From Harriotta raleighana (Eukaryota): a stretch of 64,000 nucleotides of DNA. A program made the translations under genes and the position numbers. The stretch lies in contig JBNZDD010013373.1 of NCBI GenBank assembly GCA_050575255.1, positions 210,662-274,661 of the forward strand, written 5' to 3'. How positions within the stretch are numbered: position 1 is the first letter of the stretch; each line of letters opens with the position of its first letter. Below are positions 34,001 through 48,300 of this stretch, in pieces. Under the pieces are notes generated by a model. That model saw nothing but the letters and a program-made list of their open reading frames with translations, searched no databases and was not told where the DNA came from.

Positions 34001-37000
34001 GATTTATCCGAATGGTGAGTATTTCAGTGATGTTGGTTTCATTAAATAAACTGCACAAGCTTAAAGAATGGCATTTTAAAAGTTTGCAGATCTAGTTGAT
34101 GTAATGTCATTTGAGCTTTGGTAAAGAAAAGAACCTCTACAAGTGTTACATCCAAATTATTTCAGAACATTTAAAAAATATATATATTATTCTTATCTTT
34201 TAAGGTATAGGGAATTTGATTGAGTTTTGCTTAGGACTGAATGCAGAATGTATAATATGCATTCTTTGCCCTGAGCTTTGCAGTTTTATAGTTATCCACT
34301 AGGAGACGACAAAAGGAAACCAGTGAAACAATATTCCCTATGGAAAATGCCTTGTCTGTAGCTGGCAGAGGATACATGGGAGCAATCCATGCATACACCA
34401 GTGTCCCGTCACATTGACACAGCACCTTGACGCTCTAAATCCAACCTCTTCATTCACTTGATGTAAAATCGTTGAGCGTTAGAAAGGTTATCAATGTTGT
34501 GATGTGATTTAAGTCTTTTGCTCGTTTTCATAAATCTCAGGAGGCGATTGCTTTTTACTTTTAAAAATTATTTTCCTTTTTATATAATAGGTGTCGTTTG
34601 GCCGTGACTTGGAGCAGCAGTTAAGTTTTTATGTGGAAGCCAGGTCAACATTCTGCAACCTGGAGCCTGTTCTTGTTCAGCTAATCCATGTAAGAAATCT
34701 TTGTTCTCTTCTCTTCTTCCCCAATTGAATTCACTTTTTTACAAAATTTTAAAACTCATAGATGGGCAGTTAATAGATTTTAAACATTTTGTGCAGGTCC
34801 CAGTCTTCATAACTTAGTTTCACCCACAAATATACAGTTGGTTTTTCCTGTTCTCCTTCCCCCTAACCGGACACCCTCCCCCCTCCTCCCTCCCCTACCC
34901 CACTTCCATGACTGTTTGTGGGACACTGTTGTGCGCAATTTGGCTGCCTCGTTTCGGCCACAAATATACAGTCAATTTTTCCTACTTTCCTTCCTCCGAC
35001 CCTTCCCCCGCTTGCTCTGATCCCTACTTGACTGTACAGTGCCTTGGGACGTCCTCCCAACGTGAAAGGCACTATACAAATGTAATTTTGATTGATTGAT
35101 TAATAACCAGCTAAATATTCTGTGAATTTTACATTCATTTCCAGCACAGAATCAGCCTTGTCCAGTCTGGTGTTTACTCCACATATTCCACTCTTCATCC
35201 ACTCCTTACTCCCTCTCTTCTATTCCCTTCTTCCGCATAGAAACAAGAGGAGGTCATTCAGCCCCTCAAGCCTGTTCCGCCATTTAATAAGATCATGGCC
35301 TATCTGGAAATTCAAATGAATTTAAATACAATGAAAATTCAGTTACCCGCTCTTGCCCCAAATCCCTTAATGCCCAGAACTAACAAATATCTATCTCTCC
35401 CATCTTGAAAATGTGAATGGATCCAGGCTTTTGGTCACCACTGATGGGTGCAACTGGCTGCCTTGGGGCCTCCTTCCGACATGAAAGGCACTCTATAAAT
35501 GTAATTTTGTTGGTGTTACTGTGTTTCACCCACACAATATGTAGTCAATTCACTTTACGGTATATTCTGTAAAGCGCTTTAAGACGACTTAAGGCGCTGA
35601 ATCAAATGCAAAGAATTATTATTATTGTTTTGTTACGTGGTTAGTTTCAAGATCAAATACTGAGTGTACATATGAAGTGATATCATGAGGGGGCGCTCTC
35701 AGTTAACACAAACTTATCAAAACCTGTGCAATAACACAATTCTCTTATCCTTCCCTTTTGATAAAAATAAGCTATCTTGAAATCTTGCATAATTTGTTCA
35801 TCTACACAATAATCACTATAACAACAAAAACAACAACTTGCATTTATATAGCGCCCTCCACGCAGGGTAATGCCTCAGAGCGCTTTAACGTACAATGCAG
35901 AGCACTACACTTTACAGTAAATCCTGTGCATATGAGATTTGAGATCTCACCTCGTGAAACAACAACAACAAAATTACATTTGCATAGTGACTTTCACATC
36001 GGGAGGATGTACCAAGGCGCTGAAAGACGTGGTACTAAATGCAAGGATTATTATTTTGGAATTGGATGTGTTTGAATTGTTGATCAGTGAGCTGATTAGG
36101 TTAATGTTATTATCCCTGCTCATGCCATTTTTCCCCCGAAAGTGAGTGTTGACCTAAAAATGAAAAAAAAAAAGTAATTTATTTTTCTCTCTCCACTCTT
36201 GCTTGTTTCACTCCCAGGTGAGTGAACACATAGTCTTCAGACTTCGTCTGTCCACATCGAATCATTTTTAACAATTCCTTCACCATTATGTGGGTCACTA
36301 TTTCTCAACAAATAGTTCCAGAAGCTTGAGATTTTTTCCACTTTGAGTTTGTACCCTGTCCATATGATATCCCTTTAGATTGAGTGTCGTGCTAAGGTTT
36401 ATTTATAATTGATCTGCCGCATAGTACTAATCGTTGCATTTGTTATCATGCCTAATCACATTGTCGAAACTCAGGAACTGGAGGAGGCCATTCAGCTCTT
36501 TGAGCCTGTTCTACCATTTAATTAGATCATTGCTGATCGGTACCTCAACTTACCCTTTCAATTCCAATTTCCCACTTTCTCCCTGTATCCCTTAATATCC
36601 TGACCGTACAAAACTCTTATCAACCTCCCTCTTGAAGATGTAGATGGATCCAGCAACCACGACCTTTTGGGGAAGAGAAGTCCAGATTTCTGCTACCCTT
36701 TGAATGAAAAATACTTCCTGATTTCACTCTTAATTTTAAGACTATGCCGTCCCCTGTTTTAGATTCTCCCACCAGAGGAAATAGCTTCTCTTTATTTACC
36801 CTATCAAGTGCCTTTACCATCTTAAATACCTCAATCGAATCACCCCTCAATCTTCTAAACGCAAGGGAATACAATCCAAACCTTTCCTCACAACTTAACC
36901 CTTTTGGACCTGGTAACATTCTGTTGAAACCTTCCAAAGCTCCCCATAGGATTTAGTGTCACGCACGTGTTTGTTGGCAAATGTGGCAGTTAATTTGTCC

Positions 37001-40000
37001 ACGGTGCCCCACCAACAACAACAACATCAACAGCACATTACGTTTATACAGCACCTTTCACAAACAACCAGGAGGTGAATAACCGGTTTTATTTTTTGTT
37101 CGGGGCTTTGGAGGCCAGGAGACCGGGAGATAGTCCTCTTTTCAGATAGTGGCGTGACCTTTATTAATAATAATAATCCTTGCATTTGATATAGCGCTTT
37201 CCACGTCTTCTAGACGTCTCAAAGCTCTTCGCAGAATGTAGTGTAAAGTGAATTGACTGTATATTTGTGGGTGAAACCGGCAGCCAATTGTGTCACATAA
37301 ACAGTCATGGATTGAAATGACCAATTTTATTATCGTGGGTTTCTTTAACACTGAACAGGCCGATAATTGGGAGCTCCATTTAAAGTTTCATCTGAAGGAT
37401 TGCACCTCTGACAATGTAGCATTTCTCCAGCATTGCATTGGGGTGGCTGAAGTGCTGGAGCACTCACCAAGTGCTGAAATGTGCTTCACAGTCTCTCTCT
37501 TTTGCCCCCCACCCACTACTGAAGCTTACTGTGTCACTCTGGAGAGAAACCAAACTAGGGTGTAAGTGTTTCCAATGGGAATTGGGGAAGGCAAGCGGGT
37601 TTTTACAAGTTCTTACATGGTCAGGAGTAAAGTATTGGGTGAGACCTTGTGCTGTTGGACACATGTAATCCATGACTTCACAGCATAGGAAGGAAACAAA
37701 CAATGAATGTTTAATTGAATTAATATTAATATTGTATTAAAAAAAAATTCAATACTTGTGTTTCCTTCTATGAAGAGTGTAAATCAGCTTGCAATGGAGA
37801 CGAGGAAAGTGATGAAGGGCAATCATTCCAGAAAAACTGCAGCATTTGTGAGGGTAAGAGTTGTATTTTACTTCTCGCAATGGTGCTGAGATTCTAATGT
37901 GTTCTAAACAAGTATTAAGCAGTTATAAATCTATTGTAGATAAACAACTGAACAAGTAGATGCTGTAAGTGTAAGCTGCGCAAACAATTCTGATTTTACC
38001 GTTTGAAAAGGATGAAAATTGATGATACAATTTGTAAAGTTATAAATTTGGAGATGGTATGCAACTGCAGTTTGATTTTTCATCCAACGATGAAATTAGA
38101 ATTCGATAGATTTGTAAAAAATTTATGTGGCATCCCTAGAAATTACAGAAGCAGTGTATGAAGTTCATTTTTTTTAAAAATGTTTGGCTTTGAGCACAAA
38201 TTTCACTGGAATTCAAGTTTTAATATATTGTGTTATATGATTTATGGATTTCTTTTGCTTGAATTTGTTTCATCTAATGCAGCTAATGTACAGCAGGATT
38301 TTCAGAAACCATTTGATCAGGTCCCTTGTGAGAAAGTGGAAGCTCGTGGGATTGAGGAGGAAGTTGTAAATCAGATAATGAACTGAGGGCAATTATCAGT
38401 GTAATACAAAGTCATGCGTTGGCGTCAGGGATGAAAATATTGTATTATACACCGATCCTTAGTAATAACATTATTTATACTGTGAAAATGAAATGTCTGT
38501 CTTTCAATGTATTTAAATTTAATTTTGCATTTTATATTAAATTGAGACATGTGCTTAGTTCCACAGCACAATGAAAGTGCAGGCAGCAGCAGAATTACTG
38601 TGCTGTTTGTTAGTACGTTCTATGCGTGTGCGGGACAATGAGGTGCGAAATTAGGGCCATTTCCACGTTCAGAAATAAGACTGTTTATATGTAGATTGAT
38701 ATTGGGATTGCTATTCTTGGGTGATGTGTTGTTGACCTAAAGTGAGATATTAAAGGAGAGCGAAATGCAGATCTCAGTTGTTTTTCAGATCTTCGTAGAT
38801 AGAGTTCAATGGTGATGGAGCGGAAATACCTGTGGCAGTACTGAAACCTTAACTGCCATTTGAGAAAATGTTCAATACATTGCCAGCTATCTATTTCTCA
38901 CAACAAGCTCATTCTAAGGGTATTCTAACAGTTGTGAACATTTTTTGTGTCACAGGCTTGTGCAGCATATTGCTTCATTACCATCCCATCGCTGGCCAAC
39001 ATCTTTACCCGCCTTAACCTTTACTTGCATTCAGGGCAAGTGGCCCTTGCAAATCAATGCCTTTCACAAGGTAAGAGAAATTCTCAATCGAAAGGATAGC
39101 AGCGATGAAGCTATTTATCGCCATATCAAAGGACTCTCTTTCATTTTTTTTCACGCTGACTGTTTTTTGCGCTTGCGAGCTTGTCTCGAACCGGAAATTC
39201 CAGTTTCAAAAGTATTTCAGATGCCGTGCTTTGTTCTTGTATTTGATCAATTTTGGATGGTCAACTAAATGCCTATTTTATTTGTGTTAAGTCTGAGTAA
39301 CTAGGTTGATTTCCCAAAAAAAGTATATACAGTATATACAGTAGTACTGTAGTACAGTATATGGCACCAAGTAAAGAGATGAGTATGTAAATGGATGTTC
39401 ACATGTACACTTAGTTTTTAATCTGTACAATATACAATAATAATAATAATAATCCTTGCATTTGACATAGTGCTTTTCACATCTTATCGATGTCCCAAAG
39501 CGCTTCACAGAATATACTGTAAATTGAATTGACTGTATATTTGTGGGCGGAACTTGAAGTGACCATGCCAGTGATGGAATTGCAAAGTGAGCGAGTGCCA
39601 GAATGCAGTGAAGATGTCACATTGTCATTTCACCAGATAATTGTGGGTAAGCAGGTTGTAAGCAGGTTGATGCATGCAGGCTTCATATTTAGGATATGCC
39701 TGTGGCTTTTTTATATATATATATATATATGCAGGAATAGTTTTTTTAAATTTGAATTGACGAGGCAGGAAAAGATTCAATTTTAAGCACCACATTAATA
39801 TTTGCAGTGAGGCAACACTTTGACACATTTCATCCAGTTGTTACATTTCACAAGTGTAGACACCCTCAGCTGGAAAGCAATGAAATTAATTGACTTAATG
39901 AAATGCATTTACTTTGCATTCATTAAGCATATTGAGGAATTCAAATGCATGGGGCAGATTCAGCCTACCTCTTACATATGGATGATATACACTAGTGTGT

Positions 40001-42258
40001 CAGATTTTTTTGACTTTGTCTCTAATGTAGTAATAAGCACTACTTTAATTGTCCACCTACACAGGCGTTGCAATGATGTGTTACCAATTTAAAATTGTAC
40101 CTCCATCATATGCAGTGTGAGTTATACATAGTAAAACCCTGTTTATCCGGCATCCAGGGGACCTGGCCAGTGGCGGTTAAACGGTTTTCCAGTTGAACAT
40201 TTTTTTTTAAAAGTAAAGAATTTTTTTTTAATTAAAAATTATTTTAACACATACCTTATTAATAACAGACTAAATAGTATCATTATTTATACTTACTTCA
40301 CAATGGCAGCCCTCACCCGACGGAGGTAAAAAAAATCTGCGACTTTTAAAAGGAGCAGGAGTGAATTTAGACCTGACTAGCGGCCAGCCGTGAGTACCTG
40401 CACCAGTACTCGTGTGCGACAGTTGCTTCATTAAACACATCATCACTATTTGCTGTATAACTTCCGGTTCATCGAATTGGGACTTTTTTTTGAGATGGCG
40501 GTTGAATGGGTTTTCCGGTTCATCGAGTCACGGATAAACAAGGTTTTATTGCATTAACTATAACAATACAACGGGAGATAATATACAGTGATCTCTTTTT
40601 CATGTGTTGGACCAGAAGTTGAAGTATTCAAGCTTGTACCATCATTACATTTCTAATAATAGAAAGTAAATTTCATCAGCTAATTTCTCACTTTAGAAAT
40701 GTTGCTGTCAGTCAGATCAGAGCTGTGTAGGTATGTGTGGCGCTCAGCCTTCCCCAGTGAAGGCAAACACATGTTTCATAGCTCTTGAAAATGCTTAATT
40801 TTCATACATTCTTTGCGCACTGCAACTCAGGCATTTAAAGTCTGAGCACGTTTCCTTGGTGGCTTTTTGGTGATCTCTCTGTAAACTGCAGCGTTTAGTT
40901 TCTCTGAAGTAAAGTGGATATGTTGGAGATATAAGTGGGCTGGAATGCACTCATGATTTACACGGTCCACATGTTTTCGTCATGCAGTTTTATGATTGAT
41001 CAGAGACTTTTACCTCTAACTCCCACCAACATTCTTTTACTCACTTCTTTTATCAGAGGGGATTCTGGTGAGCGCTCCCCAAACGTACAGAAATTCCTCT
41101 CAGTGACATTGTAGAATGTTTATCATTTATAAATACGCCTAAATAAATTACAGAGGGGAGGAAGCTTTCTCATTTAGGCTATGTAAGCTAGAGATCTGTT
41201 TGCCTGCAGAGAGTGTTACGAGGCTAGAACTATCAAAAACTGACTAAAGAAGGCATTGTCTGGCGATGCTTTTTCTCCATCCTAAAATGAATTAATTTTG
41301 TATTTCTACAGCTATTCAACCCAGTAAATAGTTTACGTTAAGACATTAACAGTGAAGGTTTTCAATTTATGATAATAAATAATAATCCTCGCATTTTCAC
41401 GTCTCTTCTAGACATCTCAAAGCGCTTCACAGATTATGCTGTAAAGTGAATTGACTTGTGGGAGAAACATGGCAGCCAATTGCACACAGCAGTGTCTCAC
41501 AAACAGTTGTGGGTTGAAATGACCAATTTATCTTTTTTTTTTGGAGGGATTATTATTAGGCATGTGGAGTAAGGAAACTTGCCCAAGGTTTTTTCCCAAA
41601 TATCATGGTGTTTTCCCCAAAAAAACATATTTACAGGCTGTCGAAATGCAATAACTATCTGCTACTGTGCTTGATATGGTTTTTTAAAATAACTGATTCA
41701 CAATGTGTGTGACTTGACATAGAAACTCCGAAGAAAGGCTGTGTTTTCCCCCCTCTATCTTTTGTGATTAACAGTTCACACACAGATTCGAATTGGATTA
41801 ATTTGCCTGTTGTAAAAAAAAATCTTCAAGCTCAGTCAACTGGATACTTACTTGTTTCTGTCTGGCGTGCAGAGAACTCTGTAAATGTCAGCTAATTTGC
41901 AGCTTGATGCAGAAAAAGCTGATGCAGGAAGTTTAGCGTTTTGTGCACTGCTAGAATTTGGTTATGATTAGATCCTATTGTTGCACTCTGGTGTTCTAAG
42001 TGCATTCCATAAAATAGGGATTAGTTCTTTGGCTGCTGAATAGGGTTGTTTTTGACCAGAAACACGGCATAGATAGAAGTTGTGAAGTCAGTGATGTGAG
42101 ATGGTTTACAATAAACCTTTTTTTTTTTTGAAAAACTGCATAAAGTTAAGCAGCGGGCAAATAATTTTGAATTTCTGCAACTCCTGAACATTTTGGCAAT
42201 AAATGTTAGTAAATTTGAAAGACCCTTTGGAGAAGAAGAAATATCCTCTCTCTTTCTC

Positions 42259-42300
<42 letters not shown>

Positions 42301-45300
42301 ACCCCTCCTCTTCTGAAAAGCGATTGATTTATAATATTACAGAAAGAATGCCTTTTTTGGCTTGGCTCCTCATACAAGTCTAATACAGTCTCTTACTTGG
42401 CAAGGCCACATTGTGATAGAGAATGATTTGAATTTTGTAGGATAAATAACTGACTGGCGTTTATTTCTCAGCTATCATATGTCAGTTACCCCATTAGCCG
42501 TGGAAGCTCAGAGGCAAGATATGACCAAATATAGTGTGGGATTCGTAATGAGACTGCATTGGCACACAAGCACAATGACTTTGGCATGGAAATTGAATTG
42601 GTATTGGCATCTTTCTCATTTGTGTTCCTAAATCAAAGCCAAACCCCAAGGCAGAATAAGTCAAATACATTATGAAGCTTCTTGATTTTTCATCCAGCGG
42701 ATTTGAACCTCAGTGTGAGACAAGCTCTCGGTACTATGTCAACAGGCCCTCCCTCTATTCATCACATTGCTCTCGACACCTATCACAGTGAAATGGCTCA
42801 ATTAGTACTACATTTAAGATGAACGCGGTATCTACCATCAGGAAACCAGATTCCAGCTAAAGACTTTGGCTGCCAGAGCCTGCTCTGAGTTCCAATGTTA
42901 AACAGAGATCAGAAATATCTATGTGGGATCTACATTGATTTTCATTCTGTTCTCTCTCTCGCTCTCTCTCCCCCTCTTCGTGCTAGATAATAATGAGCCA
43001 ATAAACTGGATGCTTGAATGCAGCACTCACTCCTCTTTCTTATAATGTGATTCATGTATCTTCCATGTACACATTCATGTACTGGGATATTATTCACAGA
43101 GCATTGTCCTTTCAAGAGAAGGGAATTTCTCTGTGTGTCTTGGTCAGCAATGTCCCATACAAAATTGATCATTCATGTTGCAGCTATTTGTGGGATATTA
43201 CTGTGTGGACACTGGCCAGGGTAGGTTTCATTTGATCAGGGCTAGCTCAAGAATTCAGATTGTACACATCTTATCTACCTGGTTATCTCTAAATACTGAT
43301 GGATACCATTTTACTTAACAACAACATCTTTTGTCTCTAATAATGTCATTATATCTTGTTTTAGTATCTTTTTAGTGCTAATTCCTCTATTTTCCCTTTG
43401 TTTATTTCACAATGGAGTCCCGCACTCGTCTCGCAAGTGAGAGATTTGAGTTCAATTCCCGGCAAGTCAGGGTGAAACCTTGCACAGGTTTCCGCAGTCG
43501 TATGGAGTAAGTTTCCTTCCACATAACTAATAATAATCTCTCAATAATAATAATAAATTTGTCACTCAATCCATGGCTGTTTGTGGACACCGCTGTGCGC
43601 AATTGGTGGCCACGTTTCACCCACAAATATACAGTTAATTCGCTTTACAGTATATTCTGACTATCTCCCGGTCTCCTGGCCTCCAAAGCCCCGAACAAAA
43701 AGGCGTGAAAACCGCTATATCAAATGCAAGGATTATTATTTTTATTGTAGGTTCACATTTGATTCAGAATCAAATGCTTCTCTTCGTTATTTTGACTGAC
43801 TTACAGTGAACATATTTTTCTCTCTGTTACAATCACATACAGGATTTAGGTGACAGACCTGCTTATTGTGTAAAAGAATAAAAATGATTTGTAAGGGCTT
43901 GACTGTAATGAATTCAAAAGGTATTAAAAGGTGGACATGGGCCAAGAGAGCAAAAAGACTGCTCTCAACTCATCATGAATTGCCACTCGATTGGCAAACT
44001 CGCTTGAGAGGTCACTGGATGGCTGATGTGGGAAATAGAAAGTGACACACTGGTACAGAAATAGATGCTCTTCCAGCATTGAGGCATTATTGGGAGAGCA
44101 GTGGGAGCTTCACACTACATCATTGCCAGGCTTTACCTTACTGGTGATACCTTGTACTGAAAATAGTCATAGCTCACGCCAACATCCATTATCTCTTTAG
44201 ACAAAAAAACAGAAGTGGCTGGGAACGCTCAACTGGTCAGGCAGCAACTATGGAGAAAGGGAAGTGAGTCAGCATTTTGGGTCCACGACCTTTTGTCAGA
44301 ATTGGGGCCAGTTGGAAGGAGAGGCTTGTAAGGACTAACAGAGAGGGGGCAGTCAGGGCAAGGAAGACAAAGGTGAAAATAGGATGGAGGGCAGGAGATG
44401 ATGGGTTAAAGAGGTTTTGATGGTGCAAATCAGAGTGGGGGGGAATCGCCAGAAAACAGGAGAAAAGAGATGTTAATAATGCAAAACAAAGGGTGGAGAG
44501 AGAAAAGGAGCGTCTGAGACCCAGGTGATGTGGCAATGGTCACAGAAGATCGGGAGGGGGATGGTGAGGTGTTATGGTCTTAAATTGTTGAAATAAATAT
44601 TGAGGCTAGAGGGCTGTGAAATCCCTAGAACTACTATCTCTTTATCTATTATATCACCATATCAAAATCTCTTGGAACTCAAAACACATAAAGAACGACT
44701 GAGTATCTATGCGATGCTCTCCATCTATCGAGCTGTGTTTCAGTAAGCATACTCATTATAGGCTGTGTGACAGATCACACCCATATAATAATTATTAACT
44801 GCTAATGAGCAGTTTTTTCCCCCCAACTGCTGTGATGAATCATTCATCCATCTCATCTGCACTTGGTGTGGGAGGGTGGGTGCCTCTTTGTGACAACTGA
44901 CTGTGATTTGGAACTTGCTGCATGTGTAATCACGGAGTATTCAGTTTGTAGTATAGTATTAGGTTGGTTTGTTTTAGGGTGTATCTGTGAGATTTAAGAT
45001 TGTAATCTGAAAGCAAAACTGAAATTAAATTAATAACCATGACATTGAAAGATTGCCTTAATTAATTCACGGAAGATTGTAATGCATTCAGTCCATCATG
45101 TCTTTTGTTAGTAGTGTAGACACAGTCGAAGTGATTGACATGGACAAAAGGATGAAAACTATGCTTATGATAGTCAAGGTTTTGTAGCTTATGTTTTGTT
45201 CTAGTTCAGCATGTTATAGGCTAAATGTTATAAGCGCAGTGTAAATATATATATTTACAAAATAATTTTGCATTTGATGTGCATCTCGTCATATTGTCAA

Positions 45301-48300
45301 CATGACTCAAAAGTGCTTCACAGAGTATACAGTATCATAAAGTGATTTGACTATGTGCTTTGTGGGTAAAATATGGTGTCTAAAGTTCTTGTTTCCCCGT
45401 GCAGTAAAATTTCTCATGCCTCATGTCAAACATAAATTCAGGTAGAGCTTGCTTCATGTTGTTTCGGTCAATGTTGTTTCATTATTACGTTGCTGAAACA
45501 TAGGGGAACATATATCCATTTAACGTTGAGACGTTTGCTATTATGTAATTTGCCAGTGGGTGGAAACAAACTACTTTGGGTAGCATAGGCCTACATAAAC
45601 GCTGAACGTCCAGTATTCTTGCTCGGATTCGCTTAAAGTCGTTTTGCTTAAAGTTTCACTTTTCGCGAATATAACTGTTGACTTTAAGTGAGGACTAATT
45701 GTATTTGAAGTATGGGGTAGGTTTGTGCTAGTATCTGCATTTGTGAGTTAAGTAGTTCAGCATATTATATGTAATTGGCTACATACAGCAATTTCAAAAC
45801 TTGTGCCATAAGTAATCTAGTTGAAAAGTTTAATTTAAAAGTCTTAGTTATCTATATTCTAACTTTAAGCACAGTCTGCGATCAGGGAAGCTGTTTTGGA
45901 GACAGTGGGTGTGTTTTTTTTCACTGTTGGTTTACTATGAGTTGTGATTTGTTTCAGAAGGCCATTTTTATTTCTCTGCTTCATTTGATAATCTGTAATT
46001 GCAGCTGCTGCAGTGGCTGGATAAATGTTGTTCTATTTGAATGTCATCTTGGTGTTTTTGTCAAGATAGTCGACAGAAATTTCATGTAGTAAGACATTTA
46101 AAAAAAACACACACACACACATCTGTGAAAATGTGAGTAATTATCAGCAGGCAGATGGTGATACTTGGTTTCTGCATATTTACAGAACCTTTTTAAAACA
46201 AGAGGAACGCGTATTATCAATTTGGCAGGATTTTATTTTATAAAACTGTATATGCTTGTCGCTCGGTTGAATATTCTGAATGCGCCACTGTTTGAGAAAG
46301 CCTAGATTTTTTAATTCCAGAGTAATTAAAGCCTTTCTCTTCATTGGACCAGTTTTCTGCTGCCACTGACCCGATCAGAGCAGCCACACTGGCGTTCAGT
46401 TGAATATTCAGTTGACGTTTCTTGACGAACGAAGGCTTAATTTAAAAACATAAAACCACAGGCTCAAGATCGAGGCAAGGTCACTTTTTGTTGCTCGCTC
46501 CTTCAAAATCCAGACCTCTGGATCAAATGTGGCAGCTTGTCATTTCTGAACTCTTCTTGGAGCCTATTTCAGCTTTTGCTAGTCTCCCTGGGGCTGATTG
46601 ACCTGTCTCTCAGGTCATGTGCATAGCAATTTATTTTATTATTTGATGACTAATCTATAATTGTAACTTGGTCGAAAAGATATTCAAACTTCTTTTAAAT
46701 ACAGTAAAACCCCGATTATCCAGCACCCTCGGGGTGGGGGGGGGGTCGACCAATTCACTGTGCCGGATAAACGGGCGGCAAGTCACCGAAAATCCAACAT
46801 AAAAAATTTACTTATTTTAAAACATACCATGTTAATAATAGACTAAATAGTAACAGAATATTGTATGGATACTTACCAATAAAGCATTCCAGCACAGTCG
46901 GTAAAAAGATCGGTAAAAAATGCTTTTAAAAACCAAAGTTCGTAAGTATAATAAGTGCGCATGCGCACGCATTGCTCGCGTGCGCAAAGTGAGCAAACTC
47001 GCGATTGCTGGAATGGGGAATTGCCCCGGGAGGGGTTCGAGCAATCCGGTTGGTCGGGTCACGGATAAATGGGGTTTTACTGTCCTGTGATTTGCCATCT
47101 ATCTGTGTTCCTTTTTAAAATTCTCTCTCGCTTTTGCTCTGGCTCACCCTCCAAGCAATGTCTCGGTTCCACAAGATGGCTGGACACATCCCTGCTCTCA
47201 AACAACCGCCTCATCTCCAACCTCCCTTTCCTTTCCAAGGAACGAGTTGTTGCTTCCCAGCTTCGCTCCTTTCTCTCCCGCCACAAGAACCTCTCCAATA
47301 TGCCCGCAGCACTGGTCAAAGTGACAAAGGATATTTTGTCCATCTGGGACCAGGGCTTCCTCTGCTACCTGGTCCTCCTTGACCTCTCTTCTACCTTCGA
47401 TACTGTTGACCGCTCTATCCTCCTCCACTGCCTCTCCTCTCACCTCAACCCTCACGGTTCTGTCCTTGAATGGTTCATATCCTACCTCCTGATACCATCT
47501 CCCCAAATGGCTTCTTCTATAGGCCCCTCACTCCCTTGTGTGGAGTTCCTCAGAGCCCTGTCCCTAGCCCCCACTTCCACCTTCCAATCCCCTACCAATC
47601 TGCCCACTCCCTCCACTCAGAGGGCTCCGATCTGCTCCATGTCCCCATTGGTGGGCGGGCCTTCTGCTACTCTGCGCACACCCTCTGGAACTCCATCCTG
47701 AAGAGCCTCCGCCATTCAGCTCCATGCGGCAATTCAAGCCTTCGAGTTTTCCTGAATTTTTCATATAGGCTTGTATCATCCCCGGAATCTCGTATTAATA
47801 TTGCTGGAATTTTAATGCAACCGTGTCATGCTACTCTCTTCGACATTTCTGCCTCCTGCTGAAGCTGCCACCCTCGTAGTTCTATCTCAGTGATTTACAG
47901 GACATGTAACTGGAGGCACAGAGTTTGTTGTCAGATACAGTATAGCCAGATTGCCGTTGCAGCTGATTAGTGGAAATCTGCATTCAGACTCTTCCCCACT
48001 TGCTATTTTGCTGTAATTCTGCAGTTCAGAATAGCCTGGATTTAATTTTTCCATTGACTTCCAGGCTAATCTCCCCTCTGTCTCCCCCCTTACTCTCTTT
48101 TCCCCCTTTCTCCCCGGCCCCACTTCCGCGACTGTTTGTGGGACACAACTGTGCGCAATTTGGCTGCCACGTTTCGGCCACAAATATGCAGTTGGTTTTT
48201 CATGTTCTCCTTCCCCCTACCCCGTCCCTTTCCCTTGCTATCTTTTCCCCCTTTTTCCCCTAAACCCACTTCCATGACTGTGTGTGGGACGCTGCTGTGC

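Noticed and set aside
33816-34026. Apparent tandem or mutually exclusive duplicate of VPS35L exon 23
   Set aside because: The junction is N33921, and the exon copies differ only by a synonymous CGA/AGA change. This is most likely two alleles assembled side by side.
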